From IMG/VR virus record IMGVR_UViG_3300045988_044858, positions 1 to 36,557 of that record: 36,557 nucleotides of DNA. One strand, given 5' to 3'. Each line of letters begins with the position of its first letter. The stretch's first letter is position 1. The stretch comes from a virus. Made by a program: the position numbers and the translations under genes. Below the pieces are notes generated by a model. That model ran no database searches. It had not been told where the DNA came from and saw only the letters and a program-made list of their open reading frames with translations. This document shows, piece by piece, positions 13,275 through 20,526 of the stretch.

Positions 13275-13862
13275 TTATTTGCCGAATTCTGCCGAGAATT
13301 CTACGTGTATTTTAGATTTTGGGTTTTTATTCGATACGGTTATCGTTTGTTTCGGTTTTCCGATCCGGAAGAATAAAAAACGCTTTTGCTTGACTGATCC
13401 GATCACGTCGATCGTGTCGATACTGCTAGATTTTATAATCGTGGTGTCCGGTCGGGCTTCGACTTGTATATCATTCCACCCGTCGAAATAGTGCGCAAAT
13501 CGGTTTTCTTTGTCACCGTCCCGGTATTCCGTCTTAACCACGGTGTCCACCTTGGTAACTGTCTCGGCCCTTGTAGCGTTCTTAAGCTCTCTTATCTTTA
13601 TTCCCGCCTCGCGTACCTTATTATATAGATCGGCGTTATATAGTTCTAGCTCGTCCTTCTCTAGCTTTAACTGCCTGGCCTGTTCCGCATAATCGCCTGC
13701 CGTAGTCTTGAATGCTACGGCCTCAGTGTTAAGCGCGGTGAGGTTGTTTTCCTGCCGTTCTAGCTCTTTATGCTGCCTTTTTATAGTCTTATACGACGCG
13801 TACAATAAAATGGCTAGAAGGACCGCTAAACACACCAATATCTTATTTAATGTTATTTTCAT
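13275..13862 (-). CDS. membrane-anchored coiled-coil protein (spanin-like lysis accessory)
   Basis: 195 aa with an N-terminal TM anchor (ILVCLAVLLAILLYA) followed by a coiled coil. It has an ATGA overlap with the endolysin stop and is the last gene of the late unit. Confidence 0.5.
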   Translation of the reverse strand: MKITLNKILVCLAVLLAILLYASYKTIKRQHKELERQENNLTALNTEAVAFKTTAGDYAEQARQLKLEKDELELYNADLYNKVREAGIKIRELKNATRAETVTKVDTVVKTEYRDGDKENRFAHYFDGWNDIQVEARPDTTIIKSSSIDTIDVIGSVKQKRFLFFRIGKPKQTITVSNKNPKSKIHVEFSAEFGK

Positions 13863-14257
13863 AGGTGAAGTATTTGGCGTTTCACATTGTTCTTATCGTA
13901 TGAGATATGCACCCAGGTGAAACCCCTTTCGTCGATAAGCTGGCAATAGGGCAAATTGAGTTCCTGCGCCAGTTCAAAGAGTTTCTTATTTTCCGCTTTG
14001 CTTCCCGCTGTTATGTCCGCCGCTTGTCCCTTGACGTGCTGCGACGTTTTAGAGCCTTTTACCGCCGCGTTTAGGGCGGGTGATCTATATCCGCTATTAA
14101 CCCGGATCGGTTTGCCGTACGCGTCCCTAAGAGGGTCTAGAACGTTATCAACTAACAGCTTCAGATTCTCCGCTGCTTCCGGTGTCGGATCGTTGTTGAT
14201 CTTCTTCGCCTCCGCTGTCGTTGACGCGGTTAGCTCTTGGATTGTGAAGTTTCGCAT
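13859..14257 (-). CDS. endolysin, peptidase M15 (L-alanyl-D-glutamate / D-Ala-D-Ala peptidase type)
   Basis: 132 aa with SGYRSPALNAAVKGSKTSQHVKGQAADI and WVHISY, which give the H-x(6)-D ... H zinc-ligand pattern of the M15_3/M15_4 families. Confidence 0.82.
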   Translation of the reverse strand: MRNFTIQELTASTTAEAKKINNDPTPEAAENLKLLVDNVLDPLRDAYGKPIRVNSGYRSPALNAAVKGSKTSQHVKGQAADITAGSKAENKKLFELAQELNLPYCQLIDERGFTWVHISYDKNNVKRQILHL

Positions 14258-14675
14258 TTTTCAAGTTTTTTATAAAGTCCAAATATTTAGTATTAATCAG
14301 AATATCCAGTACCGCTACAAATTCATTATCCGGTTGGATTTTTTTAAAGTTACGGATAATATTCTTAGAATACACCAGCGCGAAAAGCGTTGTAAGTAAT
14401 CGTAATAAGTCCGTATAGTTCCCCTCCGGCTCTATAAGCCGTGCGCCTGCCGCCGTGAATAGAATCACGATCGCCGCGATAGCATACTCGAAAAAGGCAT
14501 GGAAAGCCTTTTTGTGGCTGTATTTTTCACCAGCCCTTAAACCTGCAATAAGTCCTACTATAAAATTCAGCATCCCGAACAACACGATCAAGATGAAGAA
14601 CGTCATCACATCATTAGTAACGGTTAGTAGGAAAGCTAGAGACGCGACGCGCGCCGTATCAAAAACTCCATCCAT
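14148..14675 (-). CDS. holin-like multi-pass membrane protein
   Basis: Three hydrophobic segments and a highly charged C-terminal tail, immediately upstream of the endolysin. I chose the start at MDGVFD because it gives a TAATG junction with the upstream gene. The 3' end overlaps the endolysin by 110 nt. Confidence 0.55.
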   Translation of the reverse strand: MDGVFDTARVASLAFLLTVTNDVMTFFILIVLFGMLNFIVGLIAGLRAGEKYSHKKAFHAFFEYAIAAIVILFTAAGARLIEPEGNYTDLLRLLTTLFALVYSKNIIRNFKKIQPDNEFVAVLDILINTKYLDFIKNLKNAKLHNPRANRVNDSGGEEDQQRSDTGSSGESEAVS

Positions 14676-15112
14676 TATTTTATTAAACATATCCGTGATT
14701 GTACCCTGTGTGAACATTCCTCTTCAATCAGTTTAGCGTCTTTAAACGCCTTGATTAACGGGACTATAAATAAATCAGCTTTCCCGCGTTCGGCTTCAAA
14801 CCGTCTCGCTTTGTTATCATCGGCTAGAACGTAGCTGCCTCCATAGTTTTGTATTTTTAGGCCGCTTGCCGTGCTCTGCTGCTCGCTTGTCTGCAAGTAG
14901 CGCGCAAAGGCATAGTAGCATAATACTTTATTAGCTCCTGTACACGCCGTGGTATCAACTAAGTACTCCGACGGTATCTCTTCATACGATCGTTTGAGCT
15001 GCGGCGACATGTCGAGCATATCGGCTTCATAAAAAGCCTTTTCAATGTCGCTATCCTTAACGTCCTTTGCGATCGTAAACAAATCTCGTAGTAATTGGAT
15101 CGGGTATGCCAT
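14675..15112 (-). CDS. hypothetical virion or morphogenesis protein
   Basis: 145-aa ORF directly after the putative portal gene. Confidence 0.6.
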   Translation of the reverse strand: MAYPIQLLRDLFTIAKDVKDSDIEKAFYEADMLDMSPQLKRSYEEIPSEYLVDTTACTGANKVLCYYAFARYLQTSEQQSTASGLKIQNYGGSYVLADDNKARRFEAERGKADLFIVPLIKAFKDAKLIEEECSHRVQSRICLIK

Positions 15113-15113
15113 A

Positions 15114-16262
15114 TTAATCTGTTATTACTTGGTCGGGCGCAATATCCGCGTCGCCTTCCAAATCGTTTTTAATTTTAGTTAGTTCCGGGTCTATGTCGAA
15201 TATATATGCCAGGTCGCGGGAAATCTTATCACGGACGCGCGACAAAGAGCGGCGGTAAACGCGCTGCATCTCCTTAACCACTTCGCCCGACGCATTCGAG
15301 AAGCTAATCAATGATGAATCAATAAGCGGGATCGGAATAGTGAAACAAGAAATAGCAATGTCTTTCCGCAACGGCTCGCAATATGATTTGTACAGGTCGG
15401 AATCGATAGGCGTACCGATTTGGTCCACACGGATAAACGGCTTCTCTGTAATACCTACATTCTCGTCTCGCACCGTAAGAACCGCGCCGGTCCCTTCTAC
15501 CCCCATCATTTCGGTAATAGCGTCCCGGAATTCGTTTTGCTCCTGATCGCTCTGGAACATCCCGTGCGAAACTACGCTACAGGCGTGGAAACCGCGCGCT
15601 AGAACGTTCTCAACATACAGGGCGTTCCCGTGTTCGGCTCCCATTTCCGGCTGTACTGCATGAAACGGGCTGATAGGATAGGGGCGACGGTTTGAGAAGT
15701 TAGCGTAATAGAGTTGCCCCGGATGGTTTTCAATACCTCCGTACTCTTCGCACTCCTTCCAAAAGTTTTTCGGGTTGAAGTTCGGATAAACCACGCCCGT
15801 TTTAACGTTCGTGTCCTTCAGCATCTCGCGTTCCCAGTTGTCGAATACGCGCCATTTCCGCACGATTGAATCGCGTTTGTAGTCCTCGTTAAGAACGGCA
15901 CGAACGTAGCCGAACGGCACAGGATAACAGTACAAAGGGCGACCATCGCCGCCGTATTGTACTATTAACGCGTAACCTCTATATCTCGGTATCTCGTCGG
16001 CTACGAACTCTAAAACGTCGTTCATGTCCTGCCCGTGCTCGTTGGTTCTCGCTGCAAAATCTTCGTTAACGAACCCTTCGCAAATAATGTTTTCTTTCGC
16101 CTTGTCACAACACGCCGTAGCGGTTTTGCTAGCGTCGATAAGATTTGCGATACGTTGCGGGTATAGATTATCTACATCGTAACTAACCACCCCTTCAGAA
16201 GTACGGGGCACTAAATTCAGTGCCCTACGTACTATTAACTCTATTTTCTTTGCTGCGATCAT
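15114..16262 (-). CDS. putative portal protein
   Basis: 382 aa. It is the only remaining large structural ORF without a fibre-like or coiled-coil character. The assignment is by elimination and general composition, not by a recognised motif. Confidence 0.4.
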   Translation of the reverse strand: MIAAKKIELIVRRALNLVPRTSEGVVSYDVDNLYPQRIANLIDASKTATACCDKAKENIICEGFVNEDFAARTNEHGQDMNDVLEFVADEIPRYRGYALIVQYGGDGRPLYCYPVPFGYVRAVLNEDYKRDSIVRKWRVFDNWEREMLKDTNVKTGVVYPNFNPKNFWKECEEYGGIENHPGQLYYANFSNRRPYPISPFHAVQPEMGAEHGNALYVENVLARGFHACSVVSHGMFQSDQEQNEFRDAITEMMGVEGTGAVLTVRDENVGITEKPFIRVDQIGTPIDSDLYKSYCEPLRKDIAISCFTIPIPLIDSSLISFSNASGEVVKEMQRVYRRSLSRVRDKISRDLAYIFDIDPELTKIKNDLEGDADIAPDQVITD

Positions 16263-16275
16263 TGATTTACCTTTT

Positions 16276-16294
16276 TATATATATATATATATAT
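16276..16294. repeat. (TA)9 dinucleotide microsatellite
   Basis: tatatatatatatatatat fills most of the 31-nt gap between the stop at 16294 and the ATG of the putative portal gene at 16262. Confidence 0.9.
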
Positions 16295-16788
16295 TATTCT
16301 TCGAACTCTTTCAGACCCTCGGCGGCTTCTGCTTCTGCTGCCTTTTTCGCTGCTCTAGTAGCCGCGGCTTTTTTAGCCGCTTCGCTACGTTTAGCCGCGG
16401 CGATCTCTTCCTCCGATAGTTCCGGCTCTTCTGCTGCCATTACTTGAACGGCTTCTGGCTCTTCCGCCGGGGCTTCCGGTTCTTCCGCCGGGGCTTCGGG
16501 CTCTGCTTGCAGGTCTATAAAATAGTCCTTGTAATTTTCATTTGCTTCCATGAACTCCACGGCCTTCTCGTCACTTGTGTTGAAAGCGCGGTACACTCTT
16601 CCATCTTCAATCGAGTTGATGAATAGTCCCGGCTTCATTACGTAGCGGGTGTGTACACCAGTTAAATAACGTTCTTCATACCAACGTTGTGCAAACAGGC
16701 GATCCGCGCCGCACGTAATATCCAATTTTAGATTAGTCATTGTTTGACACAATGAAACTATCTGTCCTATATCTGTAATTTTTTCCAT
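16294..16788 (-). CDS. hypothetical structural protein with an acidic PAEEPEA repeat and an Ala/Lys-rich tail
   Basis: 164-aa ORF. Its C-terminal half is EPEAPAEEPEAPAEEPEAV...AAKKAAATRAAKKAAEAEAAE. Confidence 0.65.
   Translation of the reverse strand: MEKITDIGQIVSLCQTMTNLKLDITCGADRLFAQRWYEERYLTGVHTRYVMKPGLFINSIEDGRVYRAFNTSDEKAVEFMEANENYKDYFIDLQAEPEAPAEEPEAPAEEPEAVQVMAAEEPELSEEEIAAAKRSEAAKKAAATRAAKKAAEAEAAEGLKEFEE
16450..16506 (-). repeat. in-frame 21-bp tandem repeat (about 2.7 units) inside a CDS
   Basis: The units are ggcttctggctcttccgccgg, ggcttccggttcttccgccgg and ggcttcgggctctgc. They encode PAEEPEA repeats. Confidence 0.85.
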
Positions 16789-16810
16789 CTTTTAAACTGT
16801 TTTTAATTTA

Positions 16811-17350
16811 CTAAACTTTCGGTATCTTCAGACCGTCGTACGCGGCCTTAGTTAACGTTAAGAGTTTATCACCCGTTGACGCTTCCGGTGTTTTAAGTGT
16901 TACCGTTGAAATACCGCCGGTACTTGAATCGGTTGCCATGTCCGAAGCTTCCAAGCCGCAAAATGCACCTGCTAAATAACAGTTACCTGATTTAGATTTC
17001 AGAGCCACCCTAAAATTACCTTTTAGAAGGCTCGTTAACGCCGAGCGATATGCGGTGCTATCCATAGAGGACATAACCTTAATAACGACGCTCTGATCTT
17101 CTGCCGCGGGTACTATATCGTTTGCTTTAATAGCTTCCTGGTACATTACGGAATTGTTAATAGAGTTGACTACGTACCCCTTTTTTCCGGTTAGCATCGT
17201 GATTGTCCCCGCCCCTCCGGTTTCCGATATGGTGGAGATGTCCGAAGAGTTTATAACAATTGCTTCATCTATTTCACCCGTTCCCCCTAGGTTTTCGATA
17301 TTTGCGCAATCATACGCTATATCCTGATCTAGTTTTTTTAAACATGCCAT
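16811..17350 (-). CDS. structural paralogue 3 of 3 (179 aa)
   Basis: Starts MACLKKL...YDC and shares TGGISTVTLKTPE with the two upstream paralogues. Confidence 0.75.
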   Translation of the reverse strand: MACLKKLDQDIAYDCANIENLGGTGEIDEAIVINSSDISTISETGGAGTITMLTGKKGYVVNSINNSVMYQEAIKANDIVPAAEDQSVVIKVMSSMDSTAYRSALTSLLKGNFRVALKSKSGNCYLAGAFCGLEASDMATDSSTGGISTVTLKTPEASTGDKLLTLTKAAYDGLKIPKV

Positions 17351-17363
17351 ATAATACCCTCCT

Positions 17364-17897
17364 TTATGATTCTGTTACGATCGCCGCGGCTCTCAATGTG
17401 TTATAACTAGCATCGGCAAAGCTTACACGCTTCTCGCCGATAACATTTTCTGATGTCGATAGCGTGATCGTGGTAAAACCGCCATTTGCGTTCAAGTCCT
17501 CCGAAATAGCGGTAGGGTTCAAACCATAGTTATACCCGTAAACGCGGGTTCTCCCGGATTTAGTCTTAACCAGTGCTAAAAATGTACCGTTTAAAATCTG
17601 ATTCACAATCAGAGTTCCGTTTGCGTTACCCTGATACAATGTGAACATAACCGCCTGCGTCAACGCTGTTGGCGCGTTATCGTTAGTCTTTATCTCTTCC
17701 GTAGCATTTACACCCTTCTTGTTACTCTCAACCAGCACGGCCTTAGCGCCAGCAGCTAACGTTATAATGGCAAGGCCATTCGCTACGCTCTTCGACGCAA
17801 TATCGGCAAAGTTGATAAGAAGCATCTCGGCTACGCCTGTTGCCCCTCCGTCGCAATCTACTAAGATCGCTTTAGTTAATTTATTTAAGCATCCCAT
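17364..17897 (-). CDS. structural paralogue 2 of 3 (177 aa)
   Basis: Starts MGCLNKL...VDC and shares GVAEMLLINF, QAVMFTLY and NGGFTTITLSTSE with paralogue 1. Confidence 0.75.
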   Translation of the reverse strand: MGCLNKLTKAILVDCDGGATGVAEMLLINFADIASKSVANGLAIITLAAGAKAVLVESNKKGVNATEEIKTNDNAPTALTQAVMFTLYQGNANGTLIVNQILNGTFLALVKTKSGRTRVYGYNYGLNPTAISEDLNANGGFTTITLSTSENVIGEKRVSFADASYNTLRAAAIVTES

Positions 17898-17900
17898 ATT

Positions 17901-18437
17901 TTAAGCTAGTTTTGCGGCTGTGATTGTCGTCCACGCTCCCGAAACGATTTGTATTCTATTTTCTCCTCTAGCATCGTCCGGCGTTTTAATCGTTATTGTA
18001 GTAAAACCGCCTGCTGCGCTAGAATCCATATCAGCTTGTGAAATTTCAAGCCCACATTTGTAACCCACCATAAGTGGAACCGCGTTTATATCGTTCAACT
18101 TGATAGCCGCCATGAAACGCCCGGATAACAAAGCCGACACAATTGCGTTAGTTTCAAAGCCATTTTTGTTATATATAGTGAACATAACGGACTGATCCAA
18201 ACCTGCCGAAACATCTGATAACTTCAGCGCCTCTGTAAACTTTGCGCCGTTCTTGTAACAATCTACCGGAACTGTTTTAGCCCCTGATTTTAGCGTTATC
18301 GCTGTTATAGAGTTGTTGTGATCAACGGTTGCGGCGGTTACGTCGTCAAAGTTAATCAGATACATTTCAGCGATACCTACGCTGCCGGCTTGGCAGTCGT
18401 AGGTAATTGCTTTATTTAATGTCTTTATACAAGCCAT
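17901..18437 (-). CDS. structural paralogue 1 of 3 (178 aa)
   Basis: Starts MACIKTL...YDC and contains GIAEMYLINF, QSVMFTIY and AGGFTTITIKTPD. It lies directly after the major capsid gene. Confidence 0.75.
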   Translation of the reverse strand: MACIKTLNKAITYDCQAGSVGIAEMYLINFDDVTAATVDHNNSITAITLKSGAKTVPVDCYKNGAKFTEALKLSDVSAGLDQSVMFTIYNKNGFETNAIVSALLSGRFMAAIKLNDINAVPLMVGYKCGLEISQADMDSSAAGGFTTITIKTPDDARGENRIQIVSGAWTTITAAKLA

Positions 18438-18456
18438 TTAAACTTTGTTTTAATTA

Positions 18457-19413
18457 TTAAACACCTGCTGCGGTGCACAATTTCAAGTATTCAGGAACTG
18501 CAAGCATAGCATCAGCCGCAAATACGGTTGTACTGTAATACTTACGGTCTTTAGCATCACGGATGAACGGATCAATAGTCAGACTTGCGTCTTCAAGTGC
18601 CAACTGAATGTTAGTTTTAGGAGAGAAAGCAATGAAAGACTGAACTGTCAAAGCGTCGCCCTTAGCACTGTTAGATACGTGTCTCAACTCGTTCACCTTG
18701 TAACCTTCGAAGTAGTACGCCGGTTTGCCATTCTCCATGTTAGCTTGTGCCAAATGGTTGTCTTTCGCCTCTACCAAGTCCTTGTAAGCGCGCATAATGT
18801 TGCTAGTTACATAAAATTCTGAATCATCCAATTGATCGGCGCGCTGATTGTCGATACACCATTTCAGACATTCCAAAACGTTAGCACCAGCTCCAGAAGG
18901 AACAAGGGCCTTAATAGATTCGGTTGATGCCTGCATCTGCTTGATGATACCGCCGTTTTTAAACACGGTGTATACACCCGCTGTATCAGCTGCTTTCAGA
19001 CCGTCCAACCATACGAGACGTAACATATCAGCTTCAAGAACTTTCAAAATTTCGTTCTGCATGAAAGCCGCCAACTGTGTTTGGTCGAAATCGGCTGAAA
19101 GGTGAACACCTTTTGCAACCATTTTGCCCCACAAGTCTTGCAGACAAACCACGATAGGCAACTCAATCTGTGTATGATCGTAGTACTTAACTTTATCGTT
19201 AAGAGAACTATACTTGTATTCGCTGTCGCAACCTGCGGAACGTCTTACCGCTTTGTCTGTTGCGGTGAAAGTCAAGATAGGTTTACCCTTTTCAATGCCC
19301 GCTAACACGGTTACACCGTTGGAAAGTTCGCCTTCCAAACCCAGTGTCAAAGAAATAACATCGGCTAGGCTGTCGATATTCAATTTGTTTAAATCGCTAA
19401 ATGCAAATGCCAT
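18457..19413 (-). CDS. putative major capsid protein
   Basis: 318-aa ORF directly downstream of the protease/scaffold gene. Its size and position are typical of an HK97-fold capsid protein. No motif was verified. Confidence 0.6.
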   Translation of the reverse strand: MAFAFSDLNKLNIDSLADVISLTLGLEGELSNGVTVLAGIEKGKPILTFTATDKAVRRSAGCDSEYKYSSLNDKVKYYDHTQIELPIVVCLQDLWGKMVAKGVHLSADFDQTQLAAFMQNEILKVLEADMLRLVWLDGLKAADTAGVYTVFKNGGIIKQMQASTESIKALVPSGAGANVLECLKWCIDNQRADQLDDSEFYVTSNIMRAYKDLVEAKDNHLAQANMENGKPAYYFEGYKVNELRHVSNSAKGDALTVQSFIAFSPKTNIQLALEDASLTIDPFIRDAKDRKYYSTTVFAADAMLAVPEYLKLCTAAGV

Positions 19414-19433
19414 AATTTTAATGTTTTAGTAGA

Positions 19434-20459
19434 TTAATATTTAAATTTTTTGCGCATTTCTGCTGCGGCCTTCTGAACCTCTTCACGGCTCAATTTTGTT
19501 CCGGTCTTAGTTTCGGTCTTCAGCTCTGTTTTAGCTGCTGCCGGTGCTCCGGTACGTTTGCTTAACTGCGTTTTGAGATCAGTTACGGTTTTCTTCAACT
19601 CGGTAACCTCTTTGCGGATCGCTGCAAGTTCTTCCGGGGTAGGGGTTTTCTTCTCTTCCTTGTCCTCGTCTTCCTTGTCCTCGTCTTCCGCGAATTCCTC
19701 TTGACCCTCTTCTTCGCGTTTAGCTTCGTCTTCCACTTCCTTAACGTTAGAAATCTTCCCGGCTACGACTGATATGATCATGTCCTCGCCTTCGCCAATA
19801 GAAATGTAATAATCGCCATCCTCTACGGGTTTGCCTTCGGCGTCCTGTACCTCGTCACCTAGAGCCGCCTGTTCGCCCTGCGCGATAATAACAAGCTCTT
19901 TGCCCTCTTTGGTTGTGACGGTTTCCCTAGCCAGCTTAGTTGATTTAACTAGCTCGGCTAATTTCGTCCAAAATTTACTCATTGATAATTTGTTTAAATT
20001 GTTATTAAATAAAGAACTAGTAGCCGCGGGAAGTCCCACCAAATCGGCACTAAATAACTCTTTTACTTCTGTTACGGTTGCGGTTTGCGCTTCTTCGTCC
20101 AGCTCTTTAACATCAGACTGATTAACCGATACGCCTAGTAGCTCCGGCTCTTTCTCGATCATAGCAACCATAAAATTATATTCGCTAGGATACGCGCTTT
20201 CTAAGGCTTCAGACATAACTAGATCAGCATAAACGGCGTTTTCGTCATGTGTGAAGTTGGCGAAATGCCCTATATACCCGTCCAGCAAGTCCGCGCCGTT
20301 ATGAGTGCGGCGTGCATGAATAGGCCGGGAATTACCTAAAGCCACTAGAGACGGGAAAGCACTAGCAGAGATGACTAATTTATAAGCCTTTCCCCCTTCT
20401 TCATAGTAGTTTGCGGTTTCCCCGGCTTCTATAATGCGTAACTTTTCAAATATTTTCAT
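19434..20459 (-). CDS. prohead protease (S78/HK97-like) fused to an acidic coiled-coil scaffold-like tail
   Basis: 341 aa. The N-terminal part has THNGADLLDGYIGHF and LLGVSVNQ, consistent with the His/Ser regions of S78 proteases. The C-terminal part is acidic (EDEDKEDEDKEE) and coiled-coil. Confidence 0.55.
   Translation of the reverse strand: MKIFEKLRIIEAGETANYYEEGGKAYKLVISASAFPSLVALGNSRPIHARRTHNGADLLDGYIGHFANFTHDENAVYADLVMSEALESAYPSEYNFMVAMIEKEPELLGVSVNQSDVKELDEEAQTATVTEVKELFSADLVGLPAATSSLFNNNLNKLSMSKFWTKLAELVKSTKLARETVTTKEGKELVIIAQGEQAALGDEVQDAEGKPVEDGDYYISIGEGEDMIISVVAGKISNVKEVEDEAKREEEGQEEFAEDEDKEDEDKEEKKTPTPEELAAIRKEVTELKKTVTDLKTQLSKRTGAPAAAKTELKTETKTGTKLSREEVQKAAAEMRKKFKY
19656..19685 (-). 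repeat. in-frame 15-bp tandem duplication inside a CDS
   Basis: Two copies of ttccttgtcctcgtc, encoding EDEDK twice in the scaffold-like tail. Confidence 0.85.
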
Positions 20460-20479
20460 ATATTACTGTATTATTGGTA

Positions 20480-20487
20480 CAAAGATA
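20480..20487 (-). promoter_or_regulatory. -7 box TATCTTTG upstream of the protease/scaffold and capsid genes
   Basis: Exact TATCTTTG 20 nt upstream of the ATG at 20459, in a 67-nt intergenic gap. The -33 element is only TTCG. Confidence 0.45.
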
Positions 20488-20526
20488 TAATATTTAACGG
20501 CACGAAGCCGCGGCTTTGCCTATGAT

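Noticed and set aside
20497-20518. The palindrome ggcacgaagccgcggctttgcc as a terminator after the tape-measure-like gene
   Set aside because: The palindrome leaves almost no loop, and there is no U-tract on the coding strand. It could be a weak hairpin but is not convincing.
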